Shown piece after piece: positions 38,429 to 53,904 of a DNA stretch of 64,000 bases (its first letter is position 1; the number at the start of each line of letters is the position of its first letter). The position numbers and the translations under genes are program-made. Origin of the DNA: Chrysomallon squamiferum (lineage: Eukaryota; Animalia; Mollusca); contig CM022668.1 in assembly GCA_012295275.1 (NCBI GenBank), positions 14,632,001 to 14,696,000 on the forward strand. The letters run 5' to 3'. The notes below the pieces were generated by a model. That model was not told where the DNA came from, did no database searches, and was given only the letters and a program-made list of their open reading frames with translations.

Positions 38429-41400
38429 GTAATATCGCTCTAATGCTGATTGAAAAAATATATATTGCTGAGGGAAAACGTATTTCTCCGAAAATAGCAA
38501 TTTACACTCGACGTAGTTTCTACACCGATTAACGGCTTTATTAACTATTATTTATTACTATTATTTTTTACTTTTAGAGCCAAGACATTGTTTTCACCTC
38601 ATCTAATTAGTCTGTTAGTTTCATTTTGTTGTTTTATGATAACACGAACCAAACGTTTTATGTTATACGAACCTTTGATCTACAATTATATTTCTTCAAC
38701 CATGCAGACACACACAAGAACATTCATACACACAAAACTGCGTATAAATAAAACATAATATAATTTAAATACATAGAAAGAAACGCCCTTTCTTTTAAAA
38801 TTGAATCTGCATTTTGGTGAACAGAGAAATGAAAGCTCCGTTTTTTAAACAGATTAATACTTTAGTTACAAATTAAAATGTGAGACTATTACGTCTAAAA
38901 TAATAATAATAATAATAATAATAAAAAATATTAAAAAATAAAAAAATAAAAACAATAAAAAAAACAATAATAATAAAAATTATAATAATAAAAACAAATT
39001 TCAATAAAAAATCAAAAGTAAAAAATAAAAATAAAATTTAATATAAAATAAAATAATAAAGTAAAATAAGATACTAAAGAATAGTCATGCAAATCTAAAA
39101 ATTAGGTTGAAAATATTATGAAATGTCATTATGAACATGAACGTGTCACTTCTGAGAAGTAAAAGAGCAAACTCGTCTTTGTATTTGACTGTTATATGAG
39201 ACCTCACTGACATCGCACCGTGTATAAATGGAATTAACATATTGTTTAATTCTTTGCAAATGTATTGATATGTAACATTTGGTAACGTGCCAACATGCAA
39301 AGATCTGTTTATCTAATCTGGTTTTCAGTGCTAGGAACGTGAAAAAGTCGTAGTGTTCATATTTTCTATCAGGACATCCCAGTATACAATTGCAAAACTG
39401 TTTAAGGAGCAGTAGACCTACTACTAATACATTTATCTAACTATCTGAAAATCTGCATATGCATATAGAAAGTCGTTTATATTGATCAATCCTTTTATGT
39501 ATAATGAAACGAGACCGAGTGTAATTTTAATTGATGAAAAAGAGAAATAAAATTCAAGTGATAATTTTTGTCATTTAAGTGTTGTGAAATATTTAGGTAC
39601 GAGACTTTATTATAGAATAAATTAAAATCCTTACAAAAACAAACAGAAGAAAGGAAACTCCATTTGTGTCTTTTTTGTATCAAATTAGAATATTTTTATA
39701 TTATGTTAAATATTTTCAAAAATGTATTAATTTGTTTATTTCTTAATTTGGCATTTAAAATTTTATTAAATTTGAAACGTCTTGTTGAATCCATATATTA
39801 TCTTTTACACACAGTGATTAAATCTCAGTTTTATCTTTGATCTTTCTACAATCTCGTCTAGAATGTTGTTAGTATTTAATGTGCAGTGCACAGACGATTC
39901 TACATAGATTGATGCCGAATTAGTGAGTTTTTCATCTTTGAGACTGGATCACTGGTAAGTCTTAATACCGTTAAGAACAGAAAAACAATTCTCTACACAC
40001 CAGTTTGTATCGAAAAGTGAAAAGTAAATAATAATGTCAAGGTTTCGAAATGTTTTTTGTGTTTCAACTTTGATAGTTTTGACCTACAGAAATATTACGA
40101 GGTGACCATCAGGCATTCGGTCCATCTGTGACAGTGCGTCAAAATTCATATAAATTGAGACATAATTTATTTTTTATGTAGTATAGCGGATCCTTGGGAT
40201 CTCTCGCATCAAAGAGGATTTCTATAAATTAATTTCAATCACGTGCATGAAATATATTGTTGTTTGAAAAGTATTAACATTTAATACTAAGAGAAAAAAA
40301 AATGCATGACTCCCTGCTCTTGTTCGGCTTCTAGGCTTCAACCTACTATGCTTTAGGGATAATAGTCCTAGTTTTAACGACGAAAAAAAAAATCATTGTT
40401 GAGGGAAAACGTATTTCTCCGAAAATAACATTTTACATTCGACAGAATTTCTACACCGGTTAACAGCTTTATTAACTAGTATTTCTTATTTCCTTGGCCA
40501 ACACATTGTTTTTCACCTCATCAAAGTAGTCTATTAATTTTGTTTTGCTGTTTAAAGATAACAGGAATCAAATGTCTTATGTTACATGAACCTTTGATCT
40601 ATAATTATGTTTCTTCAGCCATGCAGACAACCACAACACACACGAGTACAGAATCACATACATCCATACAGACCACAGAGAGTATAAATAAAATATACTA
40701 GAATTTAAATATATACAAACAAACGCCCTTTCTTTCAAAAATCAATCAGTATTTTAATTACATATAAAATAACTACTTATGCTTGAAGAATACATCAGTT
40801 ATTGAGATATAGAAAAATCAAAGCTCTTTTTCTTCCTAAAATGGACTAGTACAAGTAACAAATCAAAATGTGTGTAGTTCTGAATTTTTAATTTGAAATA
40901 CAAAATATCTCCTTACTACTGCATAATTTTTATTTGCACAAATTTATTAGTTAATATTGCTGTTTTAGACTTACGTCCTAACGAAAAATAATTATAATAA
41001 AAATAACAAAATAAAAAGGAAAGCAAAAATAAAAATAATATTAAATATCTAAATAAAACAAATATATAAATGAATATAAAATAAGAAATAAATAAATACA
41101 TAAATAAAAATAACAAATAATAATAAAAAAAATAAAAATATAAAAATAAATAAATAAATAAATAAAATAAAATAAAAATAAAATAAAATAAAATAAATAA
41201 AATAAGATAATTTAACTAAAATAATAGTCATGCAAATTTGCTGACAGTTAGGTGAAAAGATTACGAAAACTTCCTTTTAATGGCAAATTCCTGGTGTTCG
41301 TATTTTCTATCAGAACATCCCAAGTAAACAAAAAAAATAATAATACAAAAAATAAAATAAAATAAAGTAAGGAAGAAGTACTAATAATTGAGTTATTGAC

Positions 41401-44060
41401 GCATTTTTCAGAGTTAGTTTCTTCTTAGCTGGATTATTCTATGTTTCTGTGTATATATTTCTTTATCTACCTATCCTCCATCTATATGAAAACATCTACA
41501 TCATATAGATTTTTTAATCGGGAAAAGTCATTTATATTGATCGATAACATAATAGAGATATTTTAATTGATAAGTAAAGCCTAATAATATTTATGTGATA
41601 AATTTAGTTAATTAAGTGTTGAAATATTTCATTATAATCTCCATTAATACCCTTTTCTCTCAATTTCAAGTATTTTGCTTCAAGCTATATTACTTTTCAT
41701 TAATTAATTAATTTATTTATTACAAGTTTAAAACATCTTACCCGAAGCCATATTTTATCTTTTCCCAAAATTAATAAAATAGCAAAACTGAATTCAGTTA
41801 GGACTGATAGCTGCTTGACGACAAATACAGCATAGTACTCGTTGTTGTATTAGATAAGGGTTGGCAAGATACAAGTGCCCAAGGTAGGCGCTTAGACTTC
41901 CAGCTTTTTGGGGCCCCGCGACATCCCCCCCCCCCTCGACAACGCATCTCCTCGCGAATTTCAAGCTCTCCTTTCATAAAATGTATTGCAATAATATTGA
42001 AAATGAAGTAATTAATGGTGGAACAAAGAAAACTATATCATCTTATCTTTAATTTTTCTCGTTGGCTTTTCATCTTTCAGAGTCAATCACAGGTAATTCC
42101 TAATACATTTAAAAGTAGAAAAAGACTTTTCTACAGAGCAGTTTGTATCGAGAAGTGACAAGTACATACGTAAACAAATGAACGTGTTTGAAAAAGTTTC
42201 TCGCATATCTATTCTAATAGTCTTGACCAGCTGAAAAATTTAGATTAGGGGTGACCCCCACCCGATTAGGGGTGGGTTTTTTCAATATATATTTTGACAT
42301 ACAAAATAGTCACATACTATTGCATGATTTTTATTTGAGAAGATTATTAGTTAATAGTAATGTATTCAACTAAACTATATCAATGTGTTAATAAATAAAT
42401 AAATAAATAAATAAATAATAAATAACAAAAGTAATTAAAAAGTAATTATTAAAAATAACTAAATAATGAAACAAAAAATAATAAAATAAAATAAAAGAAC
42501 TAAAACAATCATGAAGCCAATCTGCTACAAGAACAAACTCGTGTTTATGAGCCTTACTAACTATACAGTGTATGTAAGTGAAGTAAATATTCTGTTTAAC
42601 TCTTTATAAATGCTCTGATATGTGACATTTGATAACGTTTCCTCTTGTAAATATCTGTTTCTCTAATATATTAGTCTCTGAACATAGCTTATTAAATTAC
42701 TTTTTTTTATTAATTAATTGATTGATTAATTTATTTAATTCAAAATAATTAAATTTAAAATGTCTTACCCGAAAGCATATTTTGTCTTTTCCCCAAGTTA
42801 ATAAAATCCCAAAACTGAATTCACTTCAGATTTTTCACCACATAATTAGTTTGTGATAACCGATTGACGACAAATACAACACTGTACTCGTTGTTGTTTT
42901 ACATAAGGGTTGGCAAAACAGCTCTGTTCCCGAGTAAAACGTATTTACACGAAAATAGATTGTTACGATCCACCCACTTTGTCATATCGGATAACAGCTC
43001 TATTGACTATCTGGTCATGTATAATGTATAACGAAAAACAACGAGCAAACAGAGTGTGACATAACTGATAATAATATTTTGAATTCATGTGTACATTGTG
43101 AGTTTAAAACTAAAGTAATGATATAATAAACATGTTATTAACTCACTTATTGATGTATTTTTCAAAGGTTTTTTTTTTCTTTTTTTTTAAACTGGATTGT
43201 TGTATCTGTGTGTCTCTCCCTCTATTTCTCTGTCTGCTCATCTATCTTAAAAAATCATTATCCATATAGATTCTTAAATGCTAGAATACCCCAAAAAGTC
43301 ATTTGTACTGATGAATCATATACTAGAGATATTTTAATTGATAAAAAAGAGACAAATAATATTTAAGTGTTGTGCAAGGTTTCATTATGAGCCATCGACA
43401 TCTCCCACATACACTCATCGCAAATTTCCCGCTGTCCTTTCGTGCAGTTTATGACAATAATATTACAAATAAAGTAATTAATGTGTTAACAAGGAAAATA
43501 ATGTAATCTTTTCAGACAACCTTTAATTAGCATGAAGCAAAGCAATACTAAAAATACGAGTAATGTACTATAAAATCAAACATACATATGCCAAAATAGG
43601 TATGAAGGTTCATAAATATTTCTAAAAACTGATCCAGAATATTGTTAACATTTAATTACAATTGTTGAGCCTCTCATATTTCGGAGTCGATCACGTTTAG
43701 GAGTTGAACAAAGACCTCTCTCCAGAACAGTTTGCTACGAGAAGTGACGTAAACAAATGTACGTTTGTAAAAGTTTCATGCATTTCATTTTTAACAATGA
43801 TGACCAACTGACAAACTAAGATATGTGTGTGTGTGTGTGGGGGGGAGTTACTCCCTGACTGTGTGTCAGGATTTCACATAAACCTTTGTATTCTTTCTTT
43901 CTAAAATAGTTCAGAGCACACATAGCGTTTCTCGTATCAAAGAGGATTTTTATATGTTAATTTCACTGATGCACAGTGCTTGATTTGTACAAAGCATTAA
44001 CATTTCAAAAAACAACAGCAATAAAAAAAAAAATAATAATATTAATAATATAATAATAAT

Positions 44061-44063
<3 letters not shown>

Positions 44064-44113
<50 letters not shown>
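44064..44113. repeat. (TA)n microsatellite
   Basis: Direct inspection. Confidence 0.95.
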
Positions 44114-44116
<3 letters not shown>

Positions 44117-45999
44117 TGCATGGTCCCTAGGCGCCAATTTGTCAGTCTTCGGGATAATGTGGCACTGGTATCATAGCTTGGATCCTCAAGAAAAATATAT
44201 TTATTGCTGACGGAAAATGTATTTCTCTGAAAATAACAATTAACTACCGATACATATTTTCCTATATCGGTTAACTGCTATATTTATTTTTACTTTTTAC
44301 TTTTCGAGTCGATTCCCTTGTTTTGGACATAATCCAGTTAGTCTGTTAATTTCAATTTCATATTTTATATTAACACGGACCAAGTGTTTTATGTTATGTG
44401 AACCTCAGATTTTTACGATTCTTGAACCATGCAGCCGACAAAAACACATTCAAACATTCATGCAGGTACATACGGATTCCTACAAATCACATAGAATATA
44501 AATTAAAAAATAAATAGCTGAAATATACAGAAACAAACGTACTTTTTTAAAAAAATCAGTCAGTATTTTAGTTACATAGAAACAAACATGCTCTGTTTGA
44601 AAAATACATCAATAATTCAGTTACAGAGAAATGAATGCTCCCTTTTTCTAAAATAGATTAGTGATTTAGTTACAAATTATTTGGAACAACCAAATAATTA
44701 CGTACTAGATTTTTAATTGAACAAAGTTATTAGTTAAAAACACTGTACTAAACTGTTAAGTCACCCAGTGGGGAAAAATTAAAATAAAATGGTAAATGAA
44801 TAAATGAATGAATGAATGAATAACTAAATAAATAACTAAAACTAATAAGATAAAATAAAGTAAATTAAAATAAAATGAAATAAAACACTGAATAACTGAT
44901 ACAATCGCCATGCAGATCTGCAGAAAATTAAGTCAAAAGGTTATGAAATGTAATTGTCAACATGGACGTGTCACCTCCAAGAAGTAAAAGAACAAACTCG
45001 TCTTTATATTTGACTATTATATGATATATCTCACTGACAATACACCGTGTATACGTGGAATTAATGTATTGTTTAGTTATTTACAAATGCACTGATATGT
45101 AACATTTGATAACGTGTCCACCTGCAAACATCTGATATATCATTCTGGTATATCGTTTACTTATTGTTGCTTTATAAAAGGTTAGCCATGACAATTCTTT
45201 ACCTGAGGAAAAATAGATTTGATAATGTGTCCTCATGCAAATATCTGATTATCTAATATATTATTCTATTTATGTAGCTTACTTATTGTTAATTTATAAA
45301 AGGTTTGGCAAGACAATTCTATTTCTCCCTTTTAGTGACAATGTCGTGGTGTTCATATTTTCTGTCGGGGCACCCCAAATACAAACGTTTAAAAATAACA
45401 AAGGAAAAATACTGCTAAACAATTATTGATGTTTTTATTATATTTGTTTTTCTCCAAGAATTAATTTCTTTATAACTGAATTACTTTGTCTGTTGTCTGT
45501 CCCTCTATTTCTCTGTCTACCCATCAATCTATCTGAAATCATCTATATGCATTTACAGTGTGAAATGAGAGTATGTCCGAAAAAGTCATTTATATTGGTC
45601 AATCACATAAAACTATATTTTTAGTGATAGGAAAACCAAATAATATTCAAGCGATACATTCTGTTATTTAAGTGCTGTGAAATGTTTCATTATGATCTTT
45701 CGATAAAAATAAATTACAAAATTAATAAAGAAGAAAACAAATTCCACTAATACCCATTCAATCAACTACAGTATTTTCTTCTAGCTATATTACTTTTCAT
45801 TAATTAATTAATTTATTTATTACAAGTTTGAAACATCTTATTCAAAGCCATATTTGGTATTTTTCCCAAGTTAATAAAATCACAAAATTGAATTCAGTTA
45901 GGACTGTTCGCGAGCCGAAGGTATACTCAAAATACCGGGAATCTACTGTAAAATCAAACATATATGTGCCTAAAGAGGTATCTAGATAGTTAGCAGTTT

Positions 46000-46245
46000 T
46001 GTTCGTTAATCTTTCTACAGACTGATCGAGAATATTGTTAACATTTAATTTCCAAAGCACAGAAGATTCTACCTGGATCAATGCCAAATTGCTGAGCCTC
46101 TCACATTTCATTGTGGGTCACGTTTAGGAGCAGAAAAAGACCTTGCTTCAGCGCAATTTGTACCAAGAAATGAGAAGTAAATGCATAAACAAATGTACAT
46201 ATTTGGAAAAGTTTCATTCATTTCAGTTTTAACAATTATGACCAA
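46000..46245 (-). mobile_element. hAT transposase C-terminal dimerisation-domain remnant
   Basis: NETFPNMYICLCIYFS...MKCERLSNLALIQVESSVLWKLNVNNILDQ. Further copies at ~13620-13850, 15660-15815, 39845-40080, 42065-42225, 43620-43800, 61460-61590 and 63250-63425. Confidence 0.85.
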
Positions 46246-46522
46246 CTGAAATCAAGATTTGGGGGGTGACTCCAACACGTTCGGCCCATCCCTGACTGTG
46301 CGTCAAAATTTTACATACATTTTTTTTTATTCTTTCTTTTTTTATATAGTTTGACACACCCTTGGCATCTCTCGTATCAAACAGGATTCTTATAAATTAA
46401 TTTAAAATACGTGCACGAAGCGTTTTGACATGTAGTGGTTATGACATTTAAAAATAAATAAATAAATAAATAAAACTAACTAACTAACTAACTAACTAAT
46501 TAAATAAATAAATAAATAAATA

Positions 46523-46557
<35 letters not shown>

Positions 46558-48180
46558 TTAAATAAATAAATAAATAAACAAAAGTAATAAGATAAAATAA
46601 AGTAATTTTTTTTTTTTAAATATAACTAAAACACTCTTCATGGAGATCTGCCGAAAATTAGGTCAAAAGGTTAAGAAACGTGAAGATACTACCTCCGAGA
46701 AGTAAAACAACAAACTCGTCTTTATATTTGACTGTTATCCGAGACCTCACTGACAATACACCGTGTATAGGGGGAATTAACAAATTGTTTAGTTCTTTAT
46801 GAATGCAGTGAGATGTAACATTTGATAACGTGTCCACATGCAAAGATCTGTTTATCTAATATATATTGCTGTGTATATAGCTTACGTAGTGTTGCTTTAT
46901 AAAAGGTTTGCCAATGCATTTCTGTTCATGAAAAAACATATATTATGGGGTTTTTTCGGGGGTTTTTCTTGATTACTTTGTTTGCGTGTCCGTCTCTCTA
47001 TTTCTCTGTCTGCCCATCTACTTATCTGAAAATATTATGTAATGAAAGTATCTCCGATTAAGTCATTTATGTTGATAAGTCATATATTGAAAATAATATT
47101 TAAGTGATACATTTAGTCATTTAAGTGTTGTGAAATATCTCATTATGAGCTTTTTATTGAAAAATACGTTTCAGAATTAAGAAAGAAGAAAACAAACTCA
47201 AATAATACCCTTTTGATGCATGCATCTGTGTATGTGTGTATGTTTGCATGTATGTGCTTATATGTAAATATGTACGTAAAGATGTATAAGAATGTATGTA
47301 TGCATGTATGTTCGTACGTTTGCGTGTATGTATGTGTATTACGTTTGTATGTGTATATGTTTGTATGTGTATATGTATATATGTATGTATGAATGCTTAT
47401 ACAAATATAATATATATATATATATATATATAAAACAAAGACACTCATAGATGTGGACACAAACACAGTGTCTGTCTGGCTGTCTATCTGTGTCTACATA
47501 TGTAGATATATATGTGTCTCTCAAAATTTCTAAGACAAATTGGGAATTTTAACTCTAAAAACAGCACAATACATTTCTGTGTAGAGGGAATAAACATCAA
47601 ATCTTCTTATCCGCAGTTTGGTGACTCAGACATTTTAGTTCACAAAGTTCTGTGTGTGCTCCACTGAGTATGAAAAGCATTCGGGTGATTTGTCTAAAAT
47701 AAATGTTGTGTCATCTGCTCGCTGAGAAATAATAGAATTTCCTCTCATGTATAATCGATACCTTTGACACTATTAGAATTTATAATTATTAACGCTAGTC
47801 GTTCAGAGCGTACTATAAATATATAAGGACAATTGAATAATGTACTGTGAAAAGACTGAGACTGATCCTCCAAGATAAAGGCTGTGTCACCTGCATACTG
47901 AAAAATGATATATTTTATCAGCATCTAGTATCTATACCTTTAACACCGTTAGAATGTGTACATAGCAAGTTTAGTGTTTTAAAGCATATTATAAAATAAT
48001 ACGGTCTCTTTGTGGATTATCACTGTTCCAAAGATCCAGTGTCTAAAACTGTCGCCACTGAATAATTTAAAAATGTTTATAGAATTTTCTTTTATTGATG
48101 ATTTAACGTTGAAAATATCTAAATCTCTCAGAGTAAAAACTACAGAAGAAAAATGTTTTGGTAACCGTATTCCACTATCG

Positions 48181-48227
<47 letters not shown>

Positions 48228-48422
48228 AATAATAATAATAATAAAATATCTGTACTTGTATCAGAAAATGTTGAATTGATCCACAAAACTCCATAAATTT
48301 AAAAAAGATGCTCAGACTAGGAAGCCGAAATTAAACGGGTACGATATTGCAATTCCAGGGAAATAACTTAAATTGTTATTTTTATTATTACGAATTCTCA
48401 TTTTTTCTGGATTAATGTGGGG

Positions 48423-48455
<33 letters not shown>

Positions 48456-49696
48456 TATTTTTATTGTTTTTATGAATTTTGGTCATTTTAACTGGGGCTT
48501 TTTGGATAAATTTTAGTAATCTTAATTGTTTTTTTGTTTTAATTTGTTTTGTTTTTTTGGTAGGTAGGTTTTTTTGTTTTGTTTTTTCTCCTTTTATAAT
48601 GAATTTTTAAATGTTTTTGTTGTTATTCACTTTGATTTTGGTGACTATAGTTGTCTTTATCGTTAATGTCAATATTTGGTAATTTCAGTTCTTGTCGTTG
48701 GTAATTTTTATTGCTTTTGTCGTTGTCACTGATTACTGGTAATTGTGATTGTGTCATGCATTTTGGTTGTTTTATTTATTGTTGTTGCTGTCGTTGTTAT
48801 TGTTCTGGGTTTTATTTATACTAGTTATTCTTCTAATCGTTGTCATGTATTTCGATTTATTTCCTTCTTGTTGTTTTGTTGTTGTTGTTGTTGGGTGTTC
48901 TTATCATACTAGTTTTTTTTCTTGCTGTTGTCATGTATTTCTGTTTATATATTTTTGTTGTTTCTTGGTGTTGACTCTCCAGTTGAAGTCACAACAATAT
49001 TGTGCATTTTAAGTAAGCTAAGGTAATACTTGGATCATTCTGAAGATGCACAGCCTGATTGTGAATATTTAGTTTGTGATGTGAAGTAAACGTGTGCGAC
49101 GTTATAATTCAAGGGAGAGAACTTAATTTTGTTTTGATTTTTGTCGTTGGAGTTTGATTACTTTAGTTGTCGCCGTTGATGTTGTTGTAACTGTTGCAGA
49201 TATTGTTACTCTTCTGAAATGTGGTCAAACTATTTATTGTTTGAAGATGTTCTAGATTTTGGTTATAATGATGCTGTTGATGTTTACATTTTATTTTTAA
49301 TTTTTATTTTGTTTTGGTTCTTGTTAGTTGATCTGTAATATTAATGTGCATCAGTCAGATATTCTATACCGTATGTATTGAGATATATAACTTTTTAAAT
49401 CATCAACATTTCTGACATTAACTGTTGATCTGTCTGTTTCTGTTTTTCAGTCACTTTAATTGTGTGTCTTTATTAGGAGTGGCTTTCACTTCGGTGATAT
49501 TATGTTGGTCTTTAGCATATTAAGGAACAAGTGTTATTTCTGTTAATGAGAAAGTACAGAGAAAAGATCATCTGCTGAAGACTGAAAAAGAGTAACCCCA
49601 GTGTAAGACAGTTGTATCTTTCACTTATTATCAGTTTGATCTTTTACTGTATGTATGATTCTAAAAACTGTACATTATAAATAATAATTAAATTAA

Positions 49697-49824
<128 letters not shown>

Positions 49825-50635
49825 GTGTGTCTACATACATATATAAAACCTTCATCTTTCCATCTTTCTCGCTTCTGTTTCCACCGTGTTTTGATGACAA
49901 AATACCAAAAGTAAATATTTGAATTTTAAATATAAAAATACTTCAGCATTTTCTGTTAGCACTAATTTTGTTTTTATTCTTAAATGATTCAGAAAAAAAT
50001 GTTAATTATATATTATGCAAAAACAGTCTAATTCACTGCAGTTAAGGAATATTACTTAATAATAATATTAGAGGAGTAGTGGTAGTAGTAGTACTACTAC
50101 TAATAACAGATATTACGCTAAACATATAAATTATAAAGTTACACACAAAAATATACTAAATAAATTGGCCATACCTACTTGTAGTGTGTGAGCATAACAT
50201 AGATTAATGTCAAAAAAAAAAAAAAAAAAAAAAAAAAAAGAAAAATCGAATAAAAGAAACAGATTTTTTTTTTTTAAATTGTCTAAATTATTTTCTTTTA
50301 TTATCGTTTGTTCTGTAGATAAGATACACGTACAATGCTAAGAAACAAAATAGATGGGGAACTGATGTTAAAATATAAATATTAAAGAAAAATCTAGTAA
50401 TGTTTTTGTTGTTGTTGTTTTTCTAATTGAATAGAAAAACAGTCCTTTTAAATATTTATAATATTCAGTTCAGTAGTTGTTGTTTGTCTTCTTGAATAAC
50501 AAAATGTTTTTACATTATTTTCTTTTATTTTTATTTGTCATATCCAACATGTTACTTGTCTCGTTTAACAAACAAACAAAAAAAAGAAAAAAAGACATGA
50601 ATGTAAAACCTATTTTTTTAAAGCTATTTTCAATA

Positions 50636-50834
50636 GCAGGAATGTCCTTCAGCCAAACTGAACGTCAAAGTGTGCACAATATTTCCATGATTTCAAGACT
50701 GTTGAACAAACACAGGGCTGCTAGTGATGTTAAAAATCGTCCAAGACCTGGCAGATCCCGCAAGCCAACAATAAGAGATAACACGGAATGCTGAGTCTTG
50801 TTAGATGCCGTTCATGGGAAACAAGCACAACTTT
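50636..50834 (+). mobile_element. Tc1/mariner transposase fragment (diverged relative of the 4856 copy)
   Basis: AGMSFSQTERQSVHNISMISRLLNKHRAASDVKNRPRPGRSRKPTIRD. Confidence 0.85.
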
Positions 50835-52690
50835 AGGGTTAGGGTTAATGTGAAAACAAAAGAAATCAATTACTGATGATTATGATTGAAATACTTGAAT
50901 GTGTCTCAGTCTCAAAAGCTTTCTCAAATTCCTGGTATTTTATGAAATATTTGAAATATTGCAATATATCATAAATTAAATGCACATTTTCATGTGTATA
51001 TATCTGCCTTTAATATACTCAGTTTGATCATTTGTCTAAACCTGTTTTTAGTCTATTTCCAGTGGTTTTGGAAACAATTTGCTACATACAGTTTATAATA
51101 ATAATTTTATATGTTATATTAGCTTTTGGAATGTTATATTGGCATGAGCAATGATTTGTTATTTTTCCCGTAGGAAACATTTTTTTTTTAATTATAACTA
51201 TATTTAATATATCTAACAATATAATTGCCTAAGGTTATGATATCATGACTGTATTCATCTGGGGACAATAATAATATTAATAAGGTATTGTCTTAGATTG
51301 TTGTCGTTGTTGTTTGTTTGTTCTTGTTCGTTGCAGCTTTGCTGTTGGCCATCTGTTCTCATTGTTACTTTTCGTGTTTTTAGTTTAGTGCTTTGTTATA
51401 TCCATATAAACACACACACTCACCCGTATATATATATCTATATATATATATATATATATATACGTACTTTCATCATGGTTTTGTTAATATGTAATATTTC
51501 AATGTTCATAATATTTAGTTAACTAGTAGGTATACTATTATTGTTATTGTTGTAGCTGTTGTTGTTTCTGTCTATAATTCTGTCATTACTAATTATCAGA
51601 TTGACCGTTTACTACATGTATGATTTTAGAAAACCATAGACTATCAACCATAATTAAATTAGAATCTCTCTAAATATAAGTTCCATTAATTCTCTTTTTA
51701 ATGATAAAATACCGAAAATATATATTTCAATTTTAAATATCAAAACAATTCAGCATTTTCAGTAACCACTAATTTTATATTCGTTTTTAAATGATGCAGA
51801 AACAAAAACTGGTTAACTATATATTAAGAAACAGAAATATTAACTACAGTTACAATAATATAATACTATTTGAGGGAGTAGTAGTAGTATAATAATTGTA
51901 GGAGTTGTAAAAATGATAATAATAATAACGATATAAAAAAAAAAAAAATAATAATAATAATAACAATATCAGTATCAATAAGAATAACAATAATAATAAT
52001 AAAAATAATAATAGTTATAATAATAATAATAACTATACAATACTACTACCAATAATAAACATTACGCCAAACTTATAAACATAAATATACACACGAGGAT
52101 ATACATAGAAATCGAAAATATATATTTCAGTTTTAAATATTAAAAAAAGTTCAGCTATTTCAGTAACCACTAATTTTATTTTCATTCTTAAACGATACAG
52201 AAACAAAAACTGGTTAATTATATATTAAGAAACACAAATATTGACCACAGTTATAATGATAATAATACTATTAGTTGGAGTAGAAGTAGTAATAGTAGTA
52301 GCTGTGGTAATAAGAACAACAATAATAATAATAATAATAACTGTACAATAGTGGTAATAGAAATAGTAGCAGTAGCAGTAATGTTAGTAGTACTACTACT
52401 AATAAACATTATAAATATAAATATTCACACGAGGATATACATAGAAATTTACTAAATAAATTCACCCAAACCTACATGTACTCTGTAATCGTAGCATAGA
52501 TTAATGTTTGTTACACAGTGTGTTTCAAAACTGTTTAAATTATTTTCTTTTAATATCGTTAGTTCTATAGATAAAACACATTTACAGTTCAAATGCAAAA
52601 AAATATAAGAAATCTATTAATGTGTTTTTTCTACAAGATAGTTAATACTCAGTTCAGTTTTTGCTTTTATTTTTTATCTCCAACATCTTA

Positions 52691-53904
52691 CTAAATCTTG
52701 TTTACCCCCAGAAAGAAAGGCTTGAGTGAACCCACTTTGGTAATGGTATTTTCAATCGCAGTTTCAACAGTTCTCAGGAAAGTTTGGTTTGTTTCTGCTT
52801 CTTTTCTAACATCATTTCTTGCCTGTCTTGTATATTTTTCTTCTTTTGCTCTCAGTGTTTTTTCACTTTCCAACTGCCTAATTCTTCCACTCATTGCAAA
52901 TATCGTCTGCTCCATTTCCATTTCTTTGATTTTTTTCTGTGTTTCTATTTCTATTTCCATCTGTCTAATTCTTCCCCTCATCTCAAATATCTCCTGCTCC
53001 TTTTCCATTTCTTCCTTTGTTCTCCGAAATTCGTCCCGAAACTTCTTTTTTGTGCTTTGCATTTCTCGTTCTCTATCTTTCTCCGTCAATTCTTCCTGTA
53101 GGAGTTTTCTTATTTTCTCTTCTTTCTCTTTCAATATTTTCTCCTCGCGTTCTTTGGCGTCTTTTCTACTTTTTTCAATTTCTTCCTTGAATTCTCTTTC
53201 AATGTTTTCTCTCTCCTTTTGTACGTCTCTTTTTTTCTTTTCCAGCATTTCTTTTTCACGCTTTTGTACTTCTTTCTCAGCTATTTTCAGTAATTCCGAT
53301 GTATAATATTGATAATTATTGTTTTCCACGTTTTTCTGTATCATGTCGATCAGGTGAAGAACCATTTTTTCTTTCTTTTTCTCATCTTTTTCGCGATTGT
53401 TGAATCCGACATATCTCCGTCCACATGCATTGACTAATTTTTTAAGGTTTTCTGGTGCCTGAACTAGCAATTCTTCCAGACTTTTTCCTTCCTCTTCAAG
53501 ATCGTCTACATGGGTAAACATCAAGAACAGGTAATCAAACAATGCTTTTCCAAATACTTGCTTGAAGTATTCAATTGTATTTTCTTCTTCTAGAGTAAAC
53601 CTCTTTGCCTGCAGAACCATGATGAAAGCATGTGGTCCTGGAGCACTCATCGTTATACACTGGATGATTTCTTTCGTAATCTCTCCTTGTGAAAGTTTAG
53701 TGTTGAATGCTCCTGGTGTATCAACGATGACAATGTCACGATCAAATCGAGTTTTGTGACCTACCTTGCAGATTGCAGTAACTGAAAAAGAACTAGCACT
53801 AGAAGCAAAACGTTTCTCTCCTAGGATGGTATTTGCTGACGCACTTTTTCCTGAGCCAGTAATTCCGATCAAAACAAGCCGCAGTTCATTGTCAGTAACG
53901 GAAT
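52691..53904 (-). CDS. GIMAP: GIMAP/AIG1-family GTPase terminal exon with long coiled-coil tail (~403 aa), canonical motifs
   Basis: Acceptor tttgattttctttcAG|ATTCCGTT (phase 1). G1 GITGSGKS, G2 SVT, G3 DTPG, box SAPGPHAF, G4 FTHVD, G5 FNN. E/K-rich tail of ~190 aa, open to TAG. Confidence 0.96.

Larger units (their letters stand above)
34300..47200. repeat. Old degenerate macrosatellite, ~1.6-2.4 kb head-to-tail units
   Basis: Motifs recur in the same order and orientation: acaaactcgtcttt, gtaacatttgataacgtgtcc, ttgtcatttaagtgttgtgaaat, gtactcgttgttg-ataagggttgg, hAT fragment, cttcaaccatgcag, ttcagttacagagaaatgaatgct. Confidence 0.85.
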
